Shown here: positions 10,671 through 22,813 of the stretch, in pieces
Position numbering within the stretch: the stretch's first letter is position 1
Layout: every line of letters begins with the position of its first letter
Assembly: GCA_900617105.1 (NCBI GenBank)
Contig: UYFQ01000012.1
Location: 1 to 64,000 of the forward strand
From: Hydrurus foetidus
Lineage: Eukaryota
Length of the DNA stretch: 64,000 bases
Reading direction: 5' to 3'
The notes under the pieces: generated by a model
Seen by the model: the letters and a program-made list of their open reading frames with translations, nothing else
Database searches by the model: none
Told to the model about the DNA's origin: nothing
Position numbers and translations under genes: made by a program

Positions 10671-10710
10671 TCTAGGGTCTAGGGTCTAGGGTCTAGGGTC
10701 TAGGGTCTAG
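10671..10710 (+). repeat. (TCTAGGG)5 + TCTAG telomere-like heptamer tract
   Basis: Perfect tandem heptamers read directly. Confidence 0.9.
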
Positions 10711-11115
10711 AGTATGATGCACGGTAACACGGTAACTATATATGAGTTATATGACGGTATGACGGTATGTGTATTTCACGGAATTCGGATTATTCTCACG
10801 GAACTGTACACGGTTGAACATTCCTCTGACCTTCACAAAAAATTGCCTTCGGCTTCAAATGGCAGTTTCACCATCTGTGATACATTGCAGTTTCAATTAC
10901 TGTAGAGCGGAAGTAGAATAGGCATTACGAATAGCAGCTAGGATGACGGAGATGACGGTAAGCTCTACTGAGCACTCTGTAAGTTACTTCGAAGGAACAA
11001 AGACGGCTATGGATGATAGATTACAAAGCATACCCCTTTGAAGTATTATGTCGTAAGACAGAGTAGAGCATCAGTGACATTGACATGCGCTGGTGTGATA
11101 AGATCGATGCGGTAA

Positions 11116-11180
11116 AGAGCAGAGCAGAGCAGAGCAGAGCAGAGCAGAGCAGAGCAGAGCAGAGCAGAGCAGAGCAGAGC
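11116..11180. repeat. (AGAGC)13 microsatellite
   Basis: Direct reading. Confidence 0.95.
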
Positions 11181-11752
11181 TGCAGCTGTAAGGGGTGGTG
11201 CTGCATTCCTGCTGAAAAGGCTATTGTCTCAATCAGTGCTTTCTTCCACAGTACGCTGTGAGACTCCTCTTCCTCACGTGTCTGCACTACTCGCTTCAAC
11301 TCGTCCATCATCATTAGAGTTGAATCCCTCTCTACTCGCCACTGATTATGAATATTACAGTAAGGAATGCAATGAATTGCACACGCTAACAAACGATTGT
11401 TCCGTTGCATTTAAGTGCATAAAATCCACAGTCTATTTGGCTGTAAAAAAATCAATTAATTGGGTAAAATGAGTTGTCATGTTGATGAAATATTAAATCT
11501 CTAGGGTAGGGATGTTCTTCAAACTTAAATAAAATTGTGCTGAGGATGCTCTGCAGGAATCTTATTATGGAAGATTCTATAATGACGCACGTCACTCTGA
11601 TGCGCTATGTTACATATACACACAAGATAACGCAAGATATAGAACAACAAATAATAAACTTGAGATATCAATTTGAGATGTCAATTATGCAACACTCCAA
11701 AACGGTTAGAAGTACAGAGCTACACAAAACTCTCTGCTACCTACTTTTCAAC

Positions 11753-14700
11753 TCAAAAATATCGATATTGAATGACAGATCGAGTGTAACTGTCCAATAC
11801 AAGTAGATGCCTTCCATCTAAAGAAAATCTCAATTTATGTGCGTGTGTTGCAACACCAGGCAGACTGCAGAATGCCTGTGAGAATGGAAGAGGGAGACAA
11901 GATATTAGAGCAACAAGCAATAAAGTGCCTATGCAAGGGGTAGTTGTAGGTAGAGAGTTCTCCTGTGATCAAGATATAAACAAGTACAAAGCAATTTTGT
12001 GAAAACGAAAAAGAAAAGAAATGAAAAGATGGAGGCAGAGATTAGGGTGAGAATGGCATCACCCACAAGATTCATGAGGACATGGATGCGTGTACACTCG
12101 TGCGCACTTTCGTCTGGTGCGTCACTGGAAATCGGAACACTCTAACGTCACCGTCCTGGTAGCTGGCGGCCACTAGGGTGCAGTCAGCGTTCACGGCGAT
12201 TTCTAACAGTCCCACATCGTCGGAGTAGGGTCGGGTCAAACCTGCAGCAAAATGCGGGGTTGAAAAATCAGTTAGTTGGAAATGAGGAGAAGGCATCCCC
12301 GAGAAAATGGCCAAAGCAGGTACATCGGTTTGATAGACTCCTCAGTCTCTGTCTCCAAGGTAATCTCGATGGTTGTGATTGCAATTGAGCAGTCAGCAGT
12401 GGTAAATACTATTAGTCCCGGTGTGGATTTCCCTCTACTCTGTTCTCCTTTCCTCTTATCCCGATATCTGTGACTCTTTCCTTCCCCTTTCTCTCCCCTC
12501 ACCATCCTCTCCCCAATCTCTTACCATCCCTACTCTATCTCCGTCGTCTCTGCCTCACCCTCACCTTGTGTGAGCCACGTGTTCGGACATGTGAGTGTGT
12601 ACCACTGGAGATCCCGTACTGCCCCTGCGGATGATATTATCTCCCCATCCGAGGTACGTACGTACAACAGCTCGCCCTCATCAGTGGACACTGAGGGAAG
12701 AGTGGGTTGGGGATTGTGAGATTAGTAAATGGTGAGGTGTTACGACGAAAGGTATAATGTGCTTGATGTGATTTTATTTTGTTTGATGTGATGTGATCTG
12801 ATGTGATGTGATGTGATGTGATGTGATGTGATGTGATGTGATGTGATGTGATGTGATGTGATGTAATGTGATGTGATGTGATTTAATGTGAGGTGTGGTG
12901 TAGTCCATATGTCGCACTGAGCGCTTGTGTTGATGTTGGTGTAGTGTAGATCTGATGAGTATCGTTCCTTGTCGTACTGCACTACGCTGTACCTCTGAAC
13001 ATCTTCCCGTCCAAGGTGAAGTCCAGTCGACTTAATCCTCTAGAGATGCTCGGAATGCTGGACACGAAAAGTCAGATCAAACAACAAGACAATAGATAAT
13101 ATGAAATGAAGATAAGACAAGATGAGATGAGATGAGATGACATGAGATGAGATGAGATCAGATGAGATCAGATGAGATGAGATGAGATGAGATGAGATGA
13201 GATGAGATGAGATGAGATGAGATCAGATGAGATGAGATCAGATGAGATGAGATGAGATGAGATGAGATGAGATGAGATGAGATGAGATGAGATGAGATGA
13301 GATGAGATGAGATGAGATGAGATGAGATGAGATGAGATGAGATGAGATGAGATGAGATGAGATGAGATGAGATGAGATGAGATGAGATGAGATGAGATGA
13401 GATGAGATGAGATGACATGAGATGACATGAGATGAGGCCATCGTGATGTACTGCATCTCAAGATATGTACGGAATGTGCACAGTACAGTGGACAAGTGAT
13501 TGCTCACCTGATGATTCGTATGACCCTGTAGCTGTGCAATTCGTGAAGAGACACTTTGCCATCACTGCTGAGTATAGCAAACACTCCTAACCCCTCCACT
13601 CCTTTCCCGTCCCCCATCCCTGTCCCTGTCCCTGTCCCTGTTCCTGTTCCTGTTCCTCCAGGATGACACTTGATGTCGGTGACTAGCTTCTTGGCCACTC
13701 TGTCTTCGAACACAATGTTCAGTGTCGCACTGTCCACTACGATGAAGGCACCTGAGTCACAGTGGGAGAGAATATGGGTGTGGGATATTGTGCAGATGAA
13801 GATTGGGGGGCTGAGGATGGGAACGCTTGACTGTTAATGATTGACGAGATCATTCAAGCGCTCTGAGCACGCTTTGATGACATCCTGATAACTGCTGGTG
13901 TGGATTGCCAGTATGTCTATCGTCAGACTAGACATAGAGTGGGTCGGTGTGGGACAATTAGGATTTATGACACTTAGTTTGCCGTAACGTACCGTCTTTG
14001 AAAGGTTTGTCGGGGTCTCCTCCCACTCCCAGAATAAGGTGCGTGCCGTCAGGGGTCCAACTGATAGCACGGCTGGCGCTCTCTATCAGAACTCTACGCA
14101 CACAGCACTGATTGAAGCGAGAGGTTGGGAGAGGGTGGGTGAAAAAAGAGTAGTATAGGATAGGATAGGATAGGATAGGATAGTATAGTATAGGATAGTA
14201 TAGTATAGTATAGTATAGTATAGTATGGTATGGTATGGTATGGTATGGTATGGTATGGTATGGTATGGTATGGTATGGTATGGTATGGTATGGTATGGTA
14301 TGGTATGGTATGGTATGGTATGGTATGGTATGGGATGGGATGGGATGGGATGGGATGGGATGGGATGGGATGGGATGGGATGGGATGGGATGGGATGGGA
14401 TGGGATGGGATGGGATGGGATGGGATGGGATGGGATGGGATGGGATGGGATGGGATGGGATGGGATGGGATGGGATGGGATGGGATAGGATAGGATAGGA
14501 TAGGGCGCAATTTATGTGCATCAATTCAGACCAATTATAACGTACGCTATGTATGACAATGATAAAATGTACATGCCGTTATGGAAACAGGTTAAAAGTC
14601 GTCTCAACAAATACCAATAAGGACGGATATTGGTGTTATTACAATCTATATTACTGTAAAAATGCCCTCATTGTTTATAAATTTTGAGTTCACTGTAACT

Positions 14701-17411
14701 GACGCGTACTGTCATTAAAAATTCAGTGGAAATGAGGCCATTCGTGCCTGTACTGAGGTAAAAAAACACGAATATAGGTGCACTTATCAACAAGCTATAA
14801 CAGGTAGTCGCACCTTTTGAGTGACGCTCCATATTTTGAGGACACCGTCATCCCCGATTGTGGCGTATTCATCTCCTATCGGACTGAAATCCATTCCGTA
14901 TAACTGAGAAAGGTAGAAAGGGTGAAACAGAAATTGAAATAGACATGAAATTAAGCGTAAAGACAGTATTGAAAATTGGATCCGTATTAGCAGTTTAGTG
15001 TGAGAGAATGAAGGAAGAAAAATGGAGAAGTGAAGATAAAGGATGAGATAAGGAGAGGGGGAGTGATCGAATAAGACATATGAAGGAAGTAGGTCAATCT
15101 TTGTTGTGACGTAACACAGAGAGATGGTGCAGCTGTAATAAAGCTTGCTGCATTATTTCGCTGAAGCGACAAATTCACCTTTAGATAAATAGCGTACATG
15201 ACAATATGCACATGTATTACCAGAGCAGAATAAAATGTCCCCTTTTCTTTGAAAAATTCAGATGGAGTGATGATAAATCGATCACCCCACACGGCCCCAC
15301 ACCATGCTAAAAAATACAAAAACCGAGGAACGTTCGCCATTTTTTGCTTTTTCATTTTTTAGTATGGTGTGGGGCCGTGTGGGGTGCTTATTATCATCAC
15401 TCCATTTGAGTTTTTTCCCACCGAAAAGTGGACACTTTATTCTGCGCTGGTAATACACAAGCATTCTCACATAAATACAACCACATGTTACACACATAAT
15501 TACGTGCATACATACACATACGTATGCAGATTAATGCATCGATACTATCACAACAACAATATAAAACATCTTCGTGGCCCCTTACTCCTTCTCTCGTGAA
15601 CTTCAACATCACCTTTCTCTTCAACTTCAACTTCAACTTCAACTTCTCGTTGCTCACCTGCTTCTCTCCGTGTCCTTCCAGTAGCAGCATGGAGGAGTGC
15701 GTGGCGAGGAAAACCTCGTACACGTCACTGCCTCGAGTTCCTACGTACGTACATCAGAATATTATCAATATCATATAAAACAAACGAACTTTAGGTGGAA
15801 ATCGACATTTGCTTTATTCTTGAATCTGGTGGGAGTTGCGAGTAAAGTTCTGATTAATGATGAAGGACATCGCTCACTGCCGCTTAATTCTTAATATCAA
15901 CGCGAGGGATGATGATCGATTAAAACAGTGCTGGATATGCGGCATCTTGCACGCAACCAATGGAATCAACACAACACAACACAACACAACACAACACAAC
16001 ACAACACAACACAACACAACACAACACAACACAACACAACACAACACAACACAACACAACACAACACAACACAACACAACACAACACAACACAACACAAC
16101 ACAACACATCCTCACCTATCAGTAGCTTCTGGTCATCGTCAGAGATGCACAGTGAGTGCACGGCAGAGGAGCAGAGGGGACTGGGCGAGAAGGAGCACAC
16201 GTTGTAGGAATGCAGCAGATCCAAGTTCACTCCCCAAATCTTGACCGACCCGTCCCGCCCCCCCGATGCGAATCCCTTCAGGGCAACAATCGCACAATGT
16301 ACAGGAATAGTTGAGGCGGAGTAAATCGCGTTATAGTCATGCTTACATTTATTATATTGTCCTGTTTATTTTCTCTACTAATGTCATAATTCTTTCACCC
16401 GTCATCATCCTATTTATTTTCCCTCAATAGCTGCACTTTATAATTTCAATGATGATAAGACAAAATCGCCTCCAGAGACAGTGAAAGATGATTTCCAGTC
16501 CAATAGAATTCTCTTCACCATCCAATCTCCTGTATACATCCACCGCGCTGACACGTCATCAATACCATTGACATTATCACAATCACAGTCTAGACGTTAC
16601 TCCCGCACTATAATATGAACAAACGATACCAAAGCGGTGCCACATCTCACACACCTGTCCCAGCTTGGCTAGAGAGCACACGGGTGTGTCGTGCGCCACA
16701 ATTGCTGACGTCACTCTGTTGCAGTGCCACGTGTAGATGTGCCCGGACATAGTGCCTGTTAGAAGGCTGCACTGCTTCACTGCGTAGAAGAGAAGAGGAA
16801 AGAGGAGAGGGGAGTAAAGGAAAAGAAAGCCAAGCCAAGCGAAGGAGGTAAATGAGACAGGAGAGGGACGTGTAGAGATGACATTATATCAAAGATGCAG
16901 TGCAGTGAAGTAGGCTGCTAAGGACTGTGAGGGGGCGGGGGTAGAGTGACGGATGTTAGTAGAAATTATAATAGGATGAGCTTGACTTATCGGACCTAAT
17001 CATTTCGGGCAAGGGTTTGAGAGTATGGAGGGGTGAAGTACGAGATAGAGGAAAGAAGAGGAGAGGGAGAGGAGGAGAGAGATGGAAGGGATGAATGGGG
17101 GAGGAGGAGGGGGAGAGGAGGCAAAGTGTCGGGTCATAGCTGCTAGTAAGAGCACCCTGTGATTCGGTATATCAACCCACCTCCCGTGTCTCTGTCGAGG
17201 ATCATGGACCCGCTGATTCCACACAGCAGCGGCTGAATACGTGCTCTCTTCCCGAATGTTCCTTTTTTCCTTTCCGCTCCTTTGCCTTACGTGAGGAGAA
17301 GAAATCAATTAAAATTCGATTACATTGGTGAAAAGGGTTGCGGCAGTGAAGGGATGAAGGGATGGAGAGATGGCAACTAATGCGGAGAAGAACAGACATG
17401 TACCTGCACAT

Positions 17412-17467
<56 letters not shown>

Positions 17468-20400
17468 GCCAGAACAAATACACACGTGTGCAAAGGCATT
17501 ATTACCTCTTCACCCACATAGTCATCTCGAGAGGTAGAGGAACATAATCAAAATCACAGACACTCACAGATATGATGCTTCCCATCACCCCCCCCCCCCC
17601 CACCCACACACACACCCTAGACACACACACACACACATACTCCCTCCCTCACTCCCTCTCATACACACCTGATTGTCTGAAGAATATGAGAGCGTTCTTG
17701 CCTCCCACCGCTATGGGGTACGTGTTGCAGTCGAGACACATCACCCAGAGCATCTTAGAGTGGGAAACAGAAGCTGAATATGCGGCATATCCTTAAGAAG
17801 AAAAGAGAGGAAAAGCAAAGGAAATAAAATAAGATAGAATGCAAAAAAAAAGACAGGACAGGATGGGATAAGGCGGAATAAAGTCATATAGGATAGAACA
17901 ACACACATTGATATGGGATAAGATGGGATCAATAGGAATAGGATAGATATGAAGAAAAAGAAGAGCGATGTCGGAAAAGGGTCGGGATCGGAAGAGAGAT
18001 TAATCGGGATCACAATTGGAAAAGTTACGACACAGGGGACATGTCATGTAGATCGTCGGTTAAAATGTGCTTCTTTTGCTATTAGATACTATATTCCACT
18101 TTTTCTTTTTGAAGTACGAGCAATGGTCAGATTTCAAATCTTAACGCGATTGTATATTTGTCGCTGAGGGACGATAAGTCATGTTGTTAATCACAGAGTA
18201 CCTCGTATTGTATGGAACATGTTTTGAAAAGAATAATAAACACTTCTAGAATTACTTCTTAAATTCAGCAGAGTATTGGCAAGTACTACTAATGGAAGAA
18301 AAAGAATGAAAATTGTTCTTACCGTCTGTCCATGTTCTGTTAGGAGATCGAAACACCACTAGGCTGTGCGAAGAATCCTCCCCTATAGGGAATAATGATA
18401 CAGGGCAGTAGACTGACTATTATGGGATGGATAGTGGTAAAGTTTGAAGGAATAATAATACGGAGTAACTAGTCTTAGTGGGTTAAGATCTTCATAGGCC
18501 TTTAATGTACGTGTAAGATACTGCAGAGTACTGCACATGTGAGACACTGTACTGCACTGTATGTTTACTACATGTCCGTGTAAAATGCTTTACTGTATGT
18601 AGTGTAGTGTAGTGTAGTGTAGTGTAGTGTAGTGTAGTGTAGTGTAGTGTAGTGTAGTGTACTGTACGTGCCTATGGATGCGAGGTGTTCCGCTGACTGT
18701 GAGAAACACAGACCAATCACACCGTTCCTGTGCATGTTCCGGAATGTTTTAATAGGCGTGGCGGTGCACGCGTCCCAGAGATGGATCTCAGGGGTGCAGT
18801 GCTGCTCTCCTATTGAGTAGGTTAGATTGATTAGACTACATGTTAAAATTGGTTTGATTATAATACAGCGGATCAGATGAATTTCCTGTAATTTAAGTGA
18901 TCATTGTCTGTGCATTTTTTATGCGACACCATCCTAAAGCACAGCACAGCACAGCACTGCACCGCACCGCACCACACCGCCGTACAGTACAGCGCTGTTC
19001 AGCACTCTATCTTATTACATCACATCACATCACATTACATTACATTACATTACATTACATTACATTACATTACATTACATTACATTACATTACATTACAT
19101 TACATTACAGCGTATCAAATCACACAAAGTGTGTTAAATACCTGTGGCCACTATTCTGCCTGAAGGCTCCACAGCGATACTCACTAGACCATGCGAGTGA
19201 CCGCTGTAGAATGGTTAAGAAGTGTATAGAGTGAGAGGCACAGTCAATGAAAGCAAGTTGAGAATAATGATGTCGCTTGGGGCGTTACATGGCATTGTGC
19301 AATGATGTGCAGCATGGTACATCACACTGCAGAATGACAAGTACAGCCACTCTACTTTTCAGGAGTCATTGCCACTGAGGACGATATGACTCCTTTATAG
19401 GCACTATCTACTCACAGGGAGGGACAAACTCTGCAGGGAGGGATCGGATTGTCACCTGTACATTCGTTGACTGATACGCTCTAATCATGATTGGCTAACC
19501 TGTATATGTGTTGCTGCTGAGTGTCTCTGTCGTGGATGACGGCAGCGCTGGAAGAGACGAACAGGATGTTCCCTTCACAGTTATAGCGGAGGGACTGTCT
19601 CGCATCGTCAGTACGTGCACCGTGTACGTGCTGTGTGAACGTTTGAGATTAGCGTAGGGGTGAGATAATAAGAGGAGAGGGAGGTGTAGGGGAGGAGTGG
19701 GATAGGGGGACGTGGAAATAGGACTTAAAGAGAGGGTGAGAAAAAGGAGGGAAGGGAGAGAAGGGGAGGGGAGGGAGGGATGCAGAGAAGGAGGAACGGA
19801 GAGTTTGAGGGAGGGAAGGAGGGAAGGGGTGGAGTAAAGAACAGAAGCAACAGATTAGACATACATGATGGTCATGATGTTACTCTCACTTGCCAATCCA
19901 ACGCATCAATGTCTGGTCACCTCTATTTCGAATTGTGCATCGGGCACAGAAGTGTCCTCCTCCACTTGCTGGGATGGCGGACAAATAGCTGTCCAAGTTA
20001 TGGATAGGTTAAAGATGAGAGACGGTGTTTGCGATTTATGTTACGAGACGTATATCATGATGAAGTGCGGTATAGTGCGATGCGGCATGACAAGGCGGCA
20101 TGCTATGATGAAATCAAGCATGACATAACTTGACATGATACGAAGTGAGATAATATGATGCAGCATGCAACAAGATTTGCCCACTCTTTCGCTGCACGAA
20201 ATAAGTATAAATAAAATTATGTCCGAATTAATGAATGAGATTGATTTCTCTTCACAGCTTCAGTCACGTAGTATTGAGTGTCGCGCATTGACTACGTATC
20301 ACTCACCGGCTGTCCAGGGGGGCAGTGTGTGGGGCCCGGTGGACCTTGGATCCCTAGTTCTGACAGATTCCGTAGCTGTATTCGATTGACTTTTCTTTCT

Positions 20401-22776
20401 CGCAATAGCTCTGTTGTCGAACCCGTGCCCCCCGTCCCTCTCCACCTCACCGTCATCAACACCGTGACCGCCTAACAAACACAGTACGGTAGATTTTGAC
20501 GTCTGAAAAAGGCAGGGTTGTAGTGTGTGCGAGGGGAGGGGTGCATTTCGGTGTATGGCGTGTGAAAGAGACTAACTGTTGAAGGAGAATGGTATGTGAA
20601 TGCTAGCTACTTAAGTGTTAAGATCAGTGATGCCCACTCTGCTAGTACCAATGAAAGCACAACGCATTGTAATGTGACAATAGTGAACGAAGTTCAGAAC
20701 AACACAACACATCACAACACAACACAACACAACACAACACAACACGACACAACACAACACAACACACCCTCACCTTCGTCTCCTGATTCCCTGGCATCGT
20801 CATACACCACTCTCCACTGCAGTATCATGTGATCCCTCGCCCCTATGCTGAACACCGTCCCGTCCCCCGCACCCCAACAAATCTAATCATGAACAATGAG
20901 GAAGAATATCATTTTAACAAAAAAGAATTCTGAAGAGTATTGGCCATATATACTGCATACCCTGTGAAGCGTGTTAACTGTATGTACCGGATGTTCGGCA
21001 AAGGATAGTAGCCGTGTATACCGTGCACACCGGATAAGAACTCACCTTCGCTATTTGTCCCGCATGGCATGCAGCTGTGAGGAACTTTGGTTTACGGGGA
21101 CACGGCTGCTGTGCTACCACCATACGGCCAGAGTCGTCACCACTAGCGATGAGAGTGCTGTTCCAAGACCTATAGGGACGTAGCGTATGGGTGAGTGCGT
21201 TGGGAGAGATATCGGAGAGGGAGAATCTACGCGATGTAGAGGCATTAACTGATGGGTAAGTAATTGTCGAGATAGATAGAGTACAGTAAAATTTTGCATA
21301 GCATAGATCAGAGGGACAGAGAGGTAATGCGAACAGTGGACCATGATAAGATATGCTATGGTGTGATAAGACATGATGTGGTGTGATAAAATATGATGTG
21401 ATATGAAATGACATTATATGACATAGTATCACAGCATAACTGCGACATGAAATAACATGTTATGATACATTATGATATAATAAGACATGACATGACTGCA
21501 CCTTTGAACAGCTGTGATCTTGGAATCTCCGCTAGCCAAGGTCCAGAGTCCCTGCACCGGATACCCCACACAGCTGGACCAAGAGCACCACTTCTCGTCC
21601 CTAAAGGTCATGGGAGACGCGACTTGATTCCCTGGGGGGATTATTATATGACGAGTGAGATAAGATTGGTGAGATAAGATAAGGTAAGATGAGATGAGTG
21701 AGAAAATGGTAATGTTAATAAGTGTACACGGTGAAGTTGAAGTTGAAGTTGTGATAAGTGGGGCTACTGCTACGCATCGTTTGAGTTGCAATACTTTGAG
21801 TAAAATCAATTCATGGGTCGGAGTACAGTGGTATGAGAGGAAAGGGACATTTCATGACTACTCCATTGTAGAGCATATTCGAAATTGCCTGATAAATTAC
21901 TATATAATGAAAAGGAAAGAATTCTTTCAAATTTCCGCCACAGCCTAAAGAGCTAATGGACAAACAAAATAGAGAATAATCTGTACTTTGTTCGATCCAT
22001 ATGATACAGATACAAATAAAATAGTAAAAAATAAAACGAAATATAAATACGAATCACCTGTGTACGTTTCTGAGTATGTCATTCTGTGTGTGGTGTCAGT
22101 ACTCATGATGTAACCGCCACACACAGAAAAATCGATACTTGTTAAAGGTGATTTGTGAAGCAGCGACTTTCTCACAAAAGAAAACTTTTCCTAAATTGTT
22201 ACGATGAAGAGGTGCGATAAGTGCGTTGCATTGTTCTTAAAAAGGATGTTAATATTGGTATTGGTATTGGTATTCAAGTGGGGCACTGTGACTGTGCAGC
22301 ATTGATGACGGACATACGCAGAACAAAGACTTATTAAATTCTGTTGATCCACTTTCGTTTAAATCGAATCGTAATCAAAGACATCTACAAGACGCTCAGA
22401 TCTGAAACCTCAATTTTTATTTTCGGGATTCTGCAGTGCTGACAATCACTACCGACAGTCACTGCGGCACCTTTGCGTTGTATAGGTAGAGGTAGCCGTC
22501 ATCCGAGCCGATGGCCAGGTAAGATCCGTTAGGACTGAACGACATCTAAATATGGGAATAGCATCTAAATGTTAGAATGATACCTAAATGAATGAATAGG
22601 ATCTTGATGTGACAGGAAGGCAAATATTCTGTTAATAGCTCTCATAGATAATTACGTGAGTAACGTCTTAAAAGAATTTGAATGAATGCCATCGAAGCAT
22701 GTGAGTACCATCTTAAAAGATGTCCCATAACAAATGGAAGATAAAGCACTATGAATTGCAGTCAGCGTGTTGCAGC

Positions 22777-22813
<37 letters not shown>

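Noticed and set aside
13158..16244. ORFs with ISSHL, HPIPS, VWYGM, HNTTQ and LCCVV repeats
   Set aside because: Translations of intronic pentamer microsatellites, open in several frames and on both strands.
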